Positions 29,548 to 39,329 of a stretch of DNA of 64,000 nt are shown here, one piece after another. The number at the start of each line of letters is the position of its first letter. The first letter of the stretch is position 1. A model generated the notes under the pieces. The model made no database searches and was not told the origin of the DNA. It saw only the letters and a program-made list of their open reading frames with translations. The position numbers were made by a program, and so were the translations under genes. The stretch covers positions 2,528,001 to 2,592,000 of the forward strand of contig CAWHIJ010000003.1 in the NCBI GenBank assembly GCA_963829525.1. The letters run 5' to 3'. Origin of the DNA: an uncultured Actinomycetota bacterium. Its GTDB lineage: Bacteria; Actinomycetota; Actinomycetes; JAHEKZ01.

Positions 29548-30948
29548 ATGAACTCCTCGTTGGTTGCGCTGGTCGAACAGGTTGATCACCTGCTCGACGC
29601 TGCCACCCACGCCGTCACCGGCGATGCGAGGAACGACGCCGTCAATGACGGTGACACTGGCCAGGCCGGTGGCCTGTCCGATGAGCAGCTACGCCAGGTT
29701 CTGGTCAGGTTGGAGCAGGTCGTCAACCGGGCACAGGCGATTCAGGCTGACGCGATGGTGCAGATGGGGGTCCGGGCGCGGGCCGCTGACCAGGCTGAAG
29801 TGGTTGCCGGTGGTGGGCCGATGTGGTCGCAGCAGTGCCGCGAAACGTATGTTCCCGATGAGATCGGGGTGCTGCTGGGGTGGACGAAGATGGCTGCGAA
29901 CGTCCGGTACGGCACTGCCTGCCAGGCCGTCCAGATGCCGGTGGTGGGCCGGGCGTGGCGATCCGGACTGCTGGACATCCGGAAGGTCGCGACCATCTGT
30001 GAGCAGGTCAGCCACCTCGACGCTGCTGACGCCCAGGCGTTGGCTGCGGACGGGGTCGGGTATGCCACTGACCCCGGCAGGTCCCGGACGGCCCCGCAGT
30101 TGCGGGAGTGGCTGCGCCGCCGGGTTATCGCGGCCAACCCTGAAGCGGCCGAGGTTCGCCGGCAACAAGCCATGGGGGACCGGCGGGTGGTCATCACCCC
30201 CGGTGAGGACGGCATGAGTGAGCTGTGGGCGCTGCTCCCCTCGGTGCAGGCCAGACAGATCCAGACAGCGCTGACCAGCTGCGCCCAGCAGATGGGCGCA
30301 GCCGGTGATGCGCGGAGCATGGACCAACGCCGCGCCGACACGATGGTCGACCTGCTCCTCGGACGCGCCGAGCCCACCGGCGGTGAACCTGCAGGTGATC
30401 GTGCCCGCCGACACGATCACCGGAGACAGCGACTAACCCGGCTGGGTGCCCGGACTCGGCCCCGTCACCGCCACCGAAATCAACGAGCTCATCGCAACCG
30501 GTGCAGGAACCGGTGACCGTGAAACGGCTGGTGACGAGCGGCGGCGTGTTGGCGTCGGGGTCGGATCCCAGGTGACCTTCCGTCGGCTGTTCACCGACCC
30601 GACCACCGGGATCCTGACCGACCTAGCCGAGAAACGCTACCGGCCGTCGGCAGGGCTGGACCGGGCCGTCCGCGCCCGGGATGTGACCTGCCGGTTCCCC
30701 GGCTGCCGCCGCTCCGCCGACAGCTCCGGCACCGACCTCGACCACACCGTGCCCTGGCCGCAAGGCCCCACCGCAGCGACCAACCTCGCTGTCCTGTGCC
30801 GGCGGCACCACCGCCTCAAACACACCCCCGGATGGAACGCCGAACTCCACCCCACCGGCACCATGACCTGGACCACCCCCACCGGACGCGAAGCTACCTC
30901 ACCCAACCCTGGCAATACACCAACCCCGACCCACCACCCCGTGATTAG
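29548..30948 (+). pseudogene. DUF222 / HNH endonuclease (13E12-repeat-like), disrupted
   Basis: RSMDQRRADTMVDLL, YRPSAGLDRAVRARDVTCRFPGC, DLDHTVPWP.GPT...NL..LCRRHHRLK; frameshift ~30379, in-frame TAA 30434-30436, frameshift ~30890. Confidence 0.88.
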
Positions 30949-30974
30949 CGCGTGAGTTTCGCTACCGTCGCTTC

Positions 30975-31541
30975 ATGCCCGCCGTTCCCGCGCTCGCGGT
31001 GCCCGAACTCACGGTGCCCGGACTCGCCGAGGGACGCATCGTGCTGCGCCAGTGGCGCCTGACCGATGCCGATCTCACTGCGGTCGTCCGGGCTGCTCGC
31101 GATCCCGACATCGCCCGCTTCTCCAGCGTCGGGTCAGCGACCAGCGCAGAGCTCGCGGCTGCGTGGGTGCAGGCCCGCGATGAGTGGGACCGGCTCGACT
31201 GGGTGATCACGACACCCACCGAGATTTTGGGCAGGGTCAGCCTCCGGCAGATCGACCTTGCGGACGGGGTCGCTGAGGTGGGCTACTGGCTGCTGCCCAA
31301 GCACCGCGGTCATGGCATCGCAACAGCGGCCGTCGGAAGCGTCGAACAGCACGCCTTCGGTCATCTGGGCCTGGGGCGGCTCGTCATTCGCCACGAACCG
31401 CAGAACGACCGATCGTGCCTATTGGCTCAACGATGTGGGTACGTGGTCGAGGGAACTCAACGGGGAGCCTTTGAGCGTGAAGGCAAACGGCGAGACCTGC
31501 ATGTCCATGCGCGGCTGGCTACGGATTCGCCGGTGCTGTGA
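30975..31541 (+). CDS. RimJ/RimL-type GNAT acetyltransferase
   Basis: AEVGYWLLPKHRGHGIAT, NDRSCLLAQRCGY..EG; TACCGT -10 six nt upstream. Confidence 0.88.
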   Translation: MPAVPALAVPELTVPGLAEGRIVLRQWRLTDADLTAVVRAARDPDIARFSSVGSATSAELAAAWVQARDEWDRLDWVITTPTEILGRVSLRQIDLADGVAEVGYWLLPKHRGHGIATAAVGSVEQHAFGHLGLGRLVIRHEPQNDRSCLLAQRCGYVVEGTQRGAFEREGKRRDLHVHARLATDSPVL

Positions 31542-32751
31542 TCGCCTCACCGAGGCCGAACGCGAGGTTGCCCGCAGGCCGGACGATCACGCTGGCGAGC
31601 CCCAGCCAGTCAGCCAGGCGGTGCAGTTCAGCGGCGAGCCGCACAGCCGTCTCGGCAGGAGCGTCCGGTTCGCTCCAGGCGCTCTGCACGAGAAGTACCC
31701 CGCTCTGGCGATCGGCCTTGAGGTCGACGCGCGCCACCAGAGAGTCGTCGAGCAGGAACGGAAGCACGTAGTAGCCATGCACCCGCTTGGGTGCGGGCAC
31801 GTAGATCTCGATCCGGTACCGGAAGCCAAACAGCCACTCGGTGCGACCTCGCTCCCATACGACGGGATCGAACGGCGAGAGCAGTGCCGCTCGGCTGATT
31901 CGACGCGGAAACGCGGCAGCTGGGTCGAGAAAGGCGGGGGACTTCCACCCCTCGACAGCAACCGGCAGCAGATCACCGGCCTCGACCAGCTCAGGGATCC
32001 GCGCTTTGCAGTCAGCGGCGGGGAGTCGGTAGTAGTCGCGCAGATCTCGCGCAGTCGCCACGCCGAGCGACCTGATCGATCGACGCAACAGTTCCCGGTG
32101 CGCATCAGCACGGTCTGGAGTTGCGGTTGCCAATACGTCGGCCGGGAGGACCCTCTCAGGTAGGTCGTAGGCGCGCTCGAAGCCACGGCGCTCGGCCGTC
32201 GTGATCTCGCCTGCCCAGAACAAGAACTCCAGCCCGCGCTTGACGTCCGACCAGTCCCACCAAGGGCCAGTCCGCCGCGGCAAGTGGCGGTCATGGCGCT
32301 CGCTGAGCTGAGCCGCGGTCAACGGCCCGTCCACCGTGACGTCGGCCAGAAGGCCACTGAGCAGGTCAGGACGATCCTTGGCGATCTGGCGCATTCCTCC
32401 CCACGCGTGGTCGCGTGCGTTTGCCATGCGCCAGCGCAGCAGGGGGTGCAACTCGACGGGGAGCAAGCTCGCTTCGTGGCCCCAGTACTCGAAGAGCATC
32501 CGCGGCGACCGGTAGGCCGCGTTGTCCAAGAGCGAGATCGGGTACGCGCCGACTCGACTGAACAGCGGAAGATAGTGAGCCCTGGCCAGCACGTTGACGG
32601 AGTCGATCTGGAAGAGGCCGGTTCGGCCCACAACCCGCCGCAGCGCCCGCCGGTCCGGCGTCCCTCGCGGAACAGCGTCAGTGAATCCCTGTGCGCCGAG
32701 AGCGACTCGACGCGCCTGGGCGAGGCTGAGTGACTCTCGAGGACGCGGCAT
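31519..32751 (-). CDS. ycaQ: YcaQ/AlkZ-like (HTH_42) crosslink-repair DNA glycosylase
   Basis: QIDSVNVLARAHYL, FEYWGHEAS, LLSPFDP, YRIEIYVPAPKRVHGYYVLPFL. Confidence 0.88.
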   Translation of the reverse strand: MPRPRESLSLAQARRVALGAQGFTDAVPRGTPDRRALRRVVGRTGLFQIDSVNVLARAHYLPLFSRVGAYPISLLDNAAYRSPRMLFEYWGHEASLLPVELHPLLRWRMANARDHAWGGMRQIAKDRPDLLSGLLADVTVDGPLTAAQLSERHDRHLPRRTGPWWDWSDVKRGLEFLFWAGEITTAERRGFERAYDLPERVLPADVLATATPDRADAHRELLRRSIRSLGVATARDLRDYYRLPAADCKARIPELVEAGDLLPVAVEGWKSPAFLDPAAAFPRRISRAALLSPFDPVVWERGRTEWLFGFRYRIEIYVPAPKRVHGYYVLPFLLDDSLVARVDLKADRQSGVLLVQSAWSEPDAPAETAVRLAAELHRLADWLGLASVIVRPAGNLAFGLGEAITAPANP

Positions 32752-32820
32752 GGTGCGCGAGCGTAGTCGTTGATACCCACAAGCCGAGCCGGGCGCGATG
32801 CCATCAGCCGGCCCTCGCGG

Positions 32821-33531
32821 TCAGGTGATCTCGAGCAACTTTTCGCGAACCGCGTACACGACCGCTTCCATGCGCGAGTGCAGCTGAAGCTTCTCCAGGA
32901 TGTTGCGGATGTGGTTCTTGACGGTGTTCTCGGAGATGAAAAGCTCGCGGGCGATGTCGCGATTGTTCAGGCCACGGGCGACCAACTTGAGAACCTCGAG
33001 CTCGCGCTCGGTGAGCCTGGGCGTGGGCACCTGCTGGGTACGCTCGTTCGAGCGCTTGGCCATCAAGGCAAACTCGGTAAGCAACTTGCTGGCCATCGCC
33101 GGGCTGATCAACGACTGCCCGTCGTACACGGCGCGAACGGCACTTGCGACCTCGTCGATCGAGATCTCCTTGAGCAGGTACCCGGTGGCCCCGGCCTTGA
33201 TCGCCTCGTACAGATCTGCTTCTTCGTCGCTGATCGTCAGCATGATGATCCGGGCGCTCGGCGCGACCTCTTTGATCCGGACACACGCCTCAATGCCGGA
33301 GCCCTTGGGCATCCGCACGTCCAACAGGACGACGTCGGGGAGAAGCTCGGCCGCACGCTCGACGGCGGCCTCGGCGTCACCGGCTTCGCCGATCACCTCG
33401 ATGTCTGACTCCTGCGCGAGCACCATCTCGAGCCCGCGGCGGAACAAGGCATGGTCGTCGACGACAAGGACCCGAATGGGGTCGTCGCCTCGAACTGGTC
33501 GCGGGGTCTCCCCCGTGGATTCCGCGCTCAC
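32821..33531 (-). CDS. Orphan NarL/LuxR-family response regulator
   Basis: VVDDHALFRRG, LLDVRMP, LTERELEVL...ISENTVKNHIRNILEKL; no adjacent kinase. Confidence 0.93.
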   Translation of the reverse strand: MSAESTGETPRPVRGDDPIRVLVVDDHALFRRGLEMVLAQESDIEVIGEAGDAEAAVERAAELLPDVVLLDVRMPKGSGIEACVRIKEVAPSARIIMLTISDEEADLYEAIKAGATGYLLKEISIDEVASAVRAVYDGQSLISPAMASKLLTEFALMAKRSNERTQQVPTPRLTERELEVLKLVARGLNNRDIARELFISENTVKNHIRNILEKLQLHSRMEAVVYAVREKLLEIT

Positions 33532-33680
33532 ATGGCCATGATGGCATGGAATGCCCCGTTCGGGTCACCCATTTGGCCTAGTCCACCACCCATTGGGACC
33601 AGGGGAACTACCGACCTGGGCTAGCGCGAGGGGCTGATTCAACACCGCACAGCACACCGCCAGAGAACAACCCTGGGCAA

Positions 33681-34319
33681 CTACGAGGCTGTGGCCCCCG
33701 CTGTCGACCCAATCGAAGTCTCCGCGTCCACCTCGAGGTGGAGCACGCCGTAGTCGTACCCCTTCCGTCGGTAGACCACGCTCGGCGTGCCCGACTCGGT
33801 GTCCTGGAAGAGGAAGAAGTCGTGCCCCACCAGTTCCATCTCGTAGAGCGCCTGGTCGAGGGTCATCGCCGGTGCTCGGTGTGTCTTCTCGCGAACGATG
33901 AACGGCCCGTCATGGCCGGCATCGTCGGAGGCGTCGTCACCCTCCGACGAGTCCGGCGCAGTCGAAACCGCGGCAGCATGCATACGCTCGGCGAAGGCCC
34001 GACCCTGGCCGCGATGGTGGTCGTGACGGCGATCCGCGGCTCGACGCAGGCGCTCGACCAGACGGCCGTAAGCGATGTCGAGTGCGGCGTGCTTCTCGTC
34101 GGCGGCCGCCTCGGCACGGATGACCGGACCCTTGCCGTGGCAGGTGATCTCGATACGAACAGCCTGGTCGGCCAACCTCGGGTTCGACTCTTGCGAGAGC
34201 TCGACGTCGACGCGATGGCACTTGCCGTCGTACCGCTCGATCTTCGACAACTTCTGCGCGACGTGCTCGCGGAATCGATCTGAGACCTCCATGTGACGCC
34301 CCCGAACGACGATCTGCAT
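33681..34319 (-). CDS. hpf: Ribosome hibernation promoting factor (long HPF)
   Basis: MQIVVRGRHMEVSDRFR, C-terminal MTLDQALYEMELVGHDFFLF...SVVYRRKGYDYG. Confidence 0.95.
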   Translation of the reverse strand: MQIVVRGRHMEVSDRFREHVAQKLSKIERYDGKCHRVDVELSQESNPRLADQAVRIEITCHGKGPVIRAEAAADEKHAALDIAYGRLVERLRRAADRRHDHHRGQGRAFAERMHAAAVSTAPDSSEGDDASDDAGHDGPFIVREKTHRAPAMTLDQALYEMELVGHDFFLFQDTESGTPSVVYRRKGYDYGVLHLEVDAETSIGSTAGATAS

Positions 34320-34410
34320 GTTCCGCCCCTTCGCGTAGGACCGGCCACACGGACCGACCCTCCCGATCAGACTTACCGATCGAAGATGGGATCACTTCGA
34401 CACCTTCACG

Positions 34411-35079
34411 CTATAGGAGGCCGTCCCGGTGTGCGAGGGCCCTTCGGTCATCAACGCTCGCCACCACCGAGACCCCGACCACCTTCCATCCAGCCGCTTC
34501 CAGCGAGCGCACCCCCTCGTCGAGGGTCGCCCCCGTGGTCATCACGTCATCCACGAGCCAGGCAGGCGCACCAAGGACAACCGGTGGCTTTGCACTCATT
34601 GCGTCACGGACGTTCTCGCGTCTGAGCGGCGCCGCCAACCGGGCTTGGTCCTGAACGCTTCGACCCCACTGAAGCACAGGCTCCATTGGTACGTCGATCG
34701 TGGTACCCGCCGCTCTGGCCAGCCGTCGGGCATGATCGTGTCCGCGGGACCGGGACGCAGCCCGGGTCGAGGGAACCGGAACGAGAACCCCACGCGGGTG
34801 ACGACCACCGTCGTGGGCCAGAACCGTGGCGGCAGCGAGCAACCGGCCGAGCGGGAGTGCCAGCGCTAGATGTCCGTGCTCTTTGTGGCTGACAACTGCC
34901 GATCGGACCGAACCCGCATAGCGGGTTGCTGCTATCACAGTCCGACGACCGGGGGTGGTGCAGGTGTGGACATCGAGAACGTCGTGGAGGCACTGGTCGC
35001 ACCATGACGAGCCGAGCTGACCGCAGTCCAGACAGTGCCGACCGACGGCAAGGTCCAAGAGTGCTGCCCAAAAGTGCAC
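34411..35079 (-). CDS. comF: ComF family competence protein (zinc finger + PRTase fold)
   Basis: CLDC..WCDQC, LVPVPS...RGHDH, LVDDVMTTGATL; start GTG 35079, 6 nt after CATATT. Confidence 0.9.
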   Translation of the reverse strand: MHFWAALLDLAVGRHCLDCGQLGSSWCDQCLHDVLDVHTCTTPGRRTVIAATRYAGSVRSAVVSHKEHGHLALALPLGRLLAAATVLAHDGGRHPRGVLVPVPSTRAASRSRGHDHARRLARAAGTTIDVPMEPVLQWGRSVQDQARLAAPLRRENVRDAMSAKPPVVLGAPAWLVDDVMTTGATLDEGVRSLEAAGWKVVGVSVVASVDDRRALAHRDGLL

Positions 35080-35144
35080 GTCTGCAATATGCGCACTCCT
35101 GGGCGGGGATGCCGGCGCCTGGGCGCTAACTGGGGAGGACCGAC

Positions 35145-36890
35145 TCAACCCGGATAGGCGGGATCTCGTCCAGCGACCAATGAGACCCAGATCGTGCCGG
35201 ACTGGGCCCAAATTCCCTCGCCGCGGGTGTCGGTCAGGACGGGCAGCCCCGGTGCAGCCGTCACCTGCGTGACCTCTACGGCAGGGGGAACCGACAGCGC
35301 TGCCACGGTCCGATTGACATTGACCAGTGTCGGCTCGAGAACCGATCCGACCTGCGCCCCCAACACCACCAACGAGCTGGCATCTGCCCAGCCGACATCG
35401 CGTACGTCGACCAGCGTCCGCTCGATGCGGCGAAAGGCTTGGACCTCCAAGCCGTCGGCTTGTTGCACGACTCGACCCAGCAGAAGCTCCCCGCGCACGT
35501 CCTGGTCCTTCCCGCGCTCCACGACGACGGCGACGCGTGTTCCGTCCACCGACACTCGGAAGGCCGTCAGTCTGCCCCGAAAGTCACCCATGGCGGCTCG
35601 AATCCACGGCCCCTCGCCGTCGAGCACCCGCACTTTCGGCCTCGACCCACCAACATCTACGGCCCAGATCCGACCTGCATCATCAATCGAGGCCGGCAGC
35701 AGCTGCTTCCCGGAGAGTCGTTGCTGCAGTCGGGCAGAAAGGAATGGGTTGGAGACCAGCAGGCTACGTCTGGTGCGGTCGAGCGCGGTGATCGTGCCTC
35801 CATCCCATGACTGCGAAGGCTCCACCACGTCGAGCTCGCCAGTTCCCAGTGGCCCTTCGACCGGTGCGCTTCCATCGTCGGTGATCCGCCGGACCACGCC
35901 CGAGCGTACGAAGACGCCTCCAAGCGCTGGGGACAGCGCATCGGAGTTGTAGCCCTCCCAGGTTTCACTGGTCATCACCGTCGGTGCTTCCGGAAGTTGC
36001 AGCGGCGACCCCTCTACCGTGATGGCAACACCGGTGACTGTCGACGACAGCCCCAAGAGCGTCGTGGTGATCTGCGCAGCCGCCTGCTCGCGCGCGGTCA
36101 GGTCCGCGTCGAGAAACTCAGCCGACAGATCGACCCGCGCCACCCCGTTGTCGTTGGGTACGGAGTCGACCACCAAAGAGGTGCCGGCAGGAATCATCGA
36201 CTCAACTGCAGGGCGCAACCAGCGGGTCGGACCGTTCAGCAACGACCGCATCAGACTGGTGGCGCTTCCCGCCTGGTCGAGTGGCAGATAGACAGGGTCG
36301 GGGACGAGCAGACTGCCTGCGGGGTTCATGAAGTAGATCTCGAAGGCCCGATACGTCAGGGAGACCTCGATCCGGTCCAGGATCAGTCCATCCGGTAGGC
36401 CGGTGATTCTCCACTCGTCATCCACCCGGTCCAACCTGAAGAGTCGCCGGAAATCGGTTCCGCCCGTTGGCGTCAGCGCCCCGTCCGCGCCGATCCTGGC
36501 CACCTGCTGAGCCTGGAATCGGACACCACCGGGAACCCGTTGGAGTCCGTAGTTGGGGCTGTCGTCGATGACCGTGACCCCCGCGCTCGCGTTCCACCCC
36601 GCCGCGGCCTCAGGCGACAGGAAGCGTCGGGCCACCTCGTGGTTGTTCTCAAAACTCGCCGAAGCTTCAAGGAAGCCAGCGACCACCTCCTTGGCTGTCT
36701 GCCCCGCGACCGGGTCACGTGGCAGTACTCGCACCGCGGGCTCATCAACCACGGCACGAACCTCATCGCCACGTTGCACCGGACCACTGGTCGGGATCTG
36801 CGAGCAGCCCGCGAGCACCACTGCAGCCGACGCCAAAGCGACCAGTGCCAGTCTGCTCAGCGTCCCCCGCGGTGTCGCTGACCTAGACAT
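35145..36890 (-). CDS. lpqB: Lipoprotein LpqB
   Basis: Lipobox LAGC, LVPDPVYLP...LLNGPTRWL, C-terminal PAYPG; directly downstream of mtrB. Confidence 0.92.
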   Translation of the reverse strand: MSRSATPRGTLSRLALVALASAAVVLAGCSQIPTSGPVQRGDEVRAVVDEPAVRVLPRDPVAGQTAKEVVAGFLEASASFENNHEVARRFLSPEAAAGWNASAGVTVIDDSPNYGLQRVPGGVRFQAQQVARIGADGALTPTGGTDFRRLFRLDRVDDEWRITGLPDGLILDRIEVSLTYRAFEIYFMNPAGSLLVPDPVYLPLDQAGSATSLMRSLLNGPTRWLRPAVESMIPAGTSLVVDSVPNDNGVARVDLSAEFLDADLTAREQAAAQITTTLLGLSSTVTGVAITVEGSPLQLPEAPTVMTSETWEGYNSDALSPALGGVFVRSGVVRRITDDGSAPVEGPLGTGELDVVEPSQSWDGGTITALDRTRRSLLVSNPFLSARLQQRLSGKQLLPASIDDAGRIWAVDVGGSRPKVRVLDGEGPWIRAAMGDFRGRLTAFRVSVDGTRVAVVVERGKDQDVRGELLLGRVVQQADGLEVQAFRRIERTLVDVRDVGWADASSLVVLGAQVGSVLEPTLVNVNRTVAALSVPPAVEVTQVTAAPGLPVLTDTRGEGIWAQSGTIWVSLVAGRDPAYPG

Positions 36891-38526
36891 CGGTCCCCCT
36901 GCGGTCGCGGTCCCGCGACGGTCGCCCCGCCCCAACCGACAACGGCATACGTCGGCCCGTGATGGCATCAGCGGGCTCCAGGGGAAGGGGTGAGGACGTG
37001 ATCTCAATCCCCAGCGATCGGGGCAATGTGAGCCGGAAGCTGGCGCCGTCACCTGGCGAACCCCACGCCTGGAGCCAACCGCCGTGGAGCCTGGCGTCCT
37101 CCAGAGCAATCGGAAGCCCGAGTCCGGTGCCCCCGATCGAGCGCACCCGTGACGGGTCCGCGCGCCAGAAACGGTTGAACACCAGCGATGACTCTCCGGG
37201 CCGAAGACCAGCCCCGTGGTCCCTCACCACGATCGCCACGGCATCGTCAGAGCACGCCACCGAGATGTCGATCGGGCGCCCTTCACCGTGCTCAATCGCG
37301 TTCGCCAACAAGTTGCGAAGGATGCGATCCACCCGACGAGGGTCGTACTCGGCCGAGGCACGTTCAGTCGAGAATCGGAGTCGGATCTCAGAGTGGCTGC
37401 GCTCGACCAGCGGGTCTAGTCCTTCAACGACGGAGGTGACGGCGTCCCGCAGGTCACCTTCAACGGCGTCGAGCGTGGCCGCACCGGCATCGAATCGAGA
37501 GATCTCCAGGAGGTCGGCAAGGAGCGCCTCGAACCGATCGAGCTGGGTCTGCAACAACTCCGCCGACCGGGCCGTCGCCGGGTCGAAGTCCGCACGGGAC
37601 TCGTGCAGAACGTCTGCCGCCATCCGAACGGTCGTCAGCGGGGTACGCAGCTCGTGCGAGACGTCGGAGACGAAGCGGCGTTGCACCCGAGAGAGGTCTT
37701 CGAGCTGACCGATCTTGACTTCGAGACTGGCTGCCATGTCATTGAATGACTTCGCCAGGCGCGCCAGGTCGTCCTCGCCCTTGACCTTCATCCGCTCGGA
37801 GAGATGGCCGGCCGAGAACTCCTCAGCGATCGACGCCGCGTAGCGGACCGGGTCGACGACCTGCCGGGTGACGAACCACGAGATCCAACCGAGCAGCAGA
37901 ACCAGGACCAAACCCGCGAAGAGGAGTGTCCGTCGCACGAGGTCGAGAGTCTGCTGCTCCTGAGTCAAGGGGAACAGGTAGTAAAGCTCGGCGATACCGA
38001 GCCCGGGCACGGTCAACGGCGCGCCGACTGCGAACCCCGGCACGGGGGTACGACCGTCGCTGTAGGTGATCTCGGTGAACGTGGAGGCCTGGACACCATC
38101 TACAGCCACAGCCTCCCGCAACGCAGCGGGAACGCTGGCCTCGGTGACCGTGCTCGAGCCACGCTGCAACAACGATGCCGACGAGCTCAGGAGCAGGACG
38201 TCGTAGAGGCGGGGTGTGCCCTGCCCTCCTGGAGCCAGCTCGACGACCACCTGATCGACCAGGTTCTGCTTCTTGTCGAGGTTGTCTTCACCGGACGCAG
38301 TGATCAATGCCTGAGCTCTGTTGATACCCGCCTGCGCCTCCACCAGAGATGCGCGCTGTTTGGCGTCGAGCAGCCCAGACGTGATGCGTCCCACCAGGAT
38401 CTGGCCGAGCACAACCACAACCAGGATCGAGAGCGCGAGCGTGGTCGCCACCACACGTAGGTACAAGGACGAACGCCACCGGGCGCGGACCCGGCTCGCT
38501 ACGTTGCCGAAGGGCATGGGTTGCAC
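36883..38526 (-). CDS. mtrB: Sensor histidine kinase MtrB
   Basis: Two TM helices, HAMP, FVSDVSHELRTPLTT, FNRFWRADPSR, GGTGLGL. Confidence 0.95.
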   Translation of the reverse strand: MQPMPFGNVASRVRARWRSSLYLRVVATTLALSILVVVVLGQILVGRITSGLLDAKQRASLVEAQAGINRAQALITASGEDNLDKKQNLVDQVVVELAPGGQGTPRLYDVLLLSSSASLLQRGSSTVTEASVPAALREAVAVDGVQASTFTEITYSDGRTPVPGFAVGAPLTVPGLGIAELYYLFPLTQEQQTLDLVRRTLLFAGLVLVLLLGWISWFVTRQVVDPVRYAASIAEEFSAGHLSERMKVKGEDDLARLAKSFNDMAASLEVKIGQLEDLSRVQRRFVSDVSHELRTPLTTVRMAADVLHESRADFDPATARSAELLQTQLDRFEALLADLLEISRFDAGAATLDAVEGDLRDAVTSVVEGLDPLVERSHSEIRLRFSTERASAEYDPRRVDRILRNLLANAIEHGEGRPIDISVACSDDAVAIVVRDHGAGLRPGESSLVFNRFWRADPSRVRSIGGTGLGLPIALEDARLHGGWLQAWGSPGDGASFRLTLPRSLGIEITSSPLPLEPADAITGRRMPLSVGAGRPSRDRDRRGTDV

Positions 38527-38544
38527 GGCGTCAGGTAGATGTCA

Positions 38545-39222
38545 TCAGGCGGGGCCGGCCTTGTAACCGACGCCGCGAACCGTCACGACGATCTGCGGAT
38601 GCTCGGGGTCAGCCTCAATCTTCGACCGCAGCCGTTGGACGTGGACGTTCACCAGGCGGGTATCTGCGGCGTGGCGGTAGCCCCACACCTGCTCGAGGAG
38701 GGTCTCGCGGGTAAAGACCTGCCAGGGTTTGCGAGCGAGGGCGACCAAGAGATCGAACTCCAGCGGCGTAAGAGCAATCATCTCTTCGTCGCGCTTGACC
38801 GTGTGTCCTGGCACGTCGATGCGAAGATCTGCGATCTCCAGCGACTCGGGGTGTCCTTCGTCGGTACGGCGCATGCGCGCCCTCACCCTCGCGACGAGCT
38901 CCTTGGGCTTGAACGGCTTGACCACATAGTCGTCAGCCCCGCTCTCCAACCCGAGCACGACGTCGACGGTGTCGCCCTTGGCGGTAAGCATGACGATGGG
39001 GATCCCTGACTCCGCGCGGATCTCGCGGCAGATCTCGATGCCGTCCTTGCCGGGAAGCATCAGGTCGAGCAGCACGAGGTCGGGGTTGAACTCACGGAAC
39101 GCTGCCACAGCACGCTCACCGTCACCACAAAGATGGGGCTCGAAGCCTTCTCCACGCAGCACGATACCGAGCATCTCCGACAGAGCAGCGTCGTCGTCCA
39201 CGACCAGGATGCGTCCCTTCAT
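38545..39222 (-). CDS. mtrA: Response regulator MtrA
   Basis: MKGRILVVDDDAAL, WGYRHAADTRLVNVHVQRLRSKIE; mtrA-mtrB-lpqB order. Confidence 0.96.
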   Translation of the reverse strand: MKGRILVVDDDAALSEMLGIVLRGEGFEPHLCGDGERAVAAFREFNPDLVLLDLMLPGKDGIEICREIRAESGIPIVMLTAKGDTVDVVLGLESGADDYVVKPFKPKELVARVRARMRRTDEGHPESLEIADLRIDVPGHTVKRDEEMIALTPLEFDLLVALARKPWQVFTRETLLEQVWGYRHAADTRLVNVHVQRLRSKIEADPEHPQIVVTVRGVGYKAGPA

Positions 39223-39329
39223 GAGGTCATGGTCGCACCTACCGTGGCGATCTGGCACCACCACCGTCCCCTCATGGCACCATGACCGCTGAAAGCCGAC
39301 CACGGGCAGGTGATCGAAGGACGGGGACC

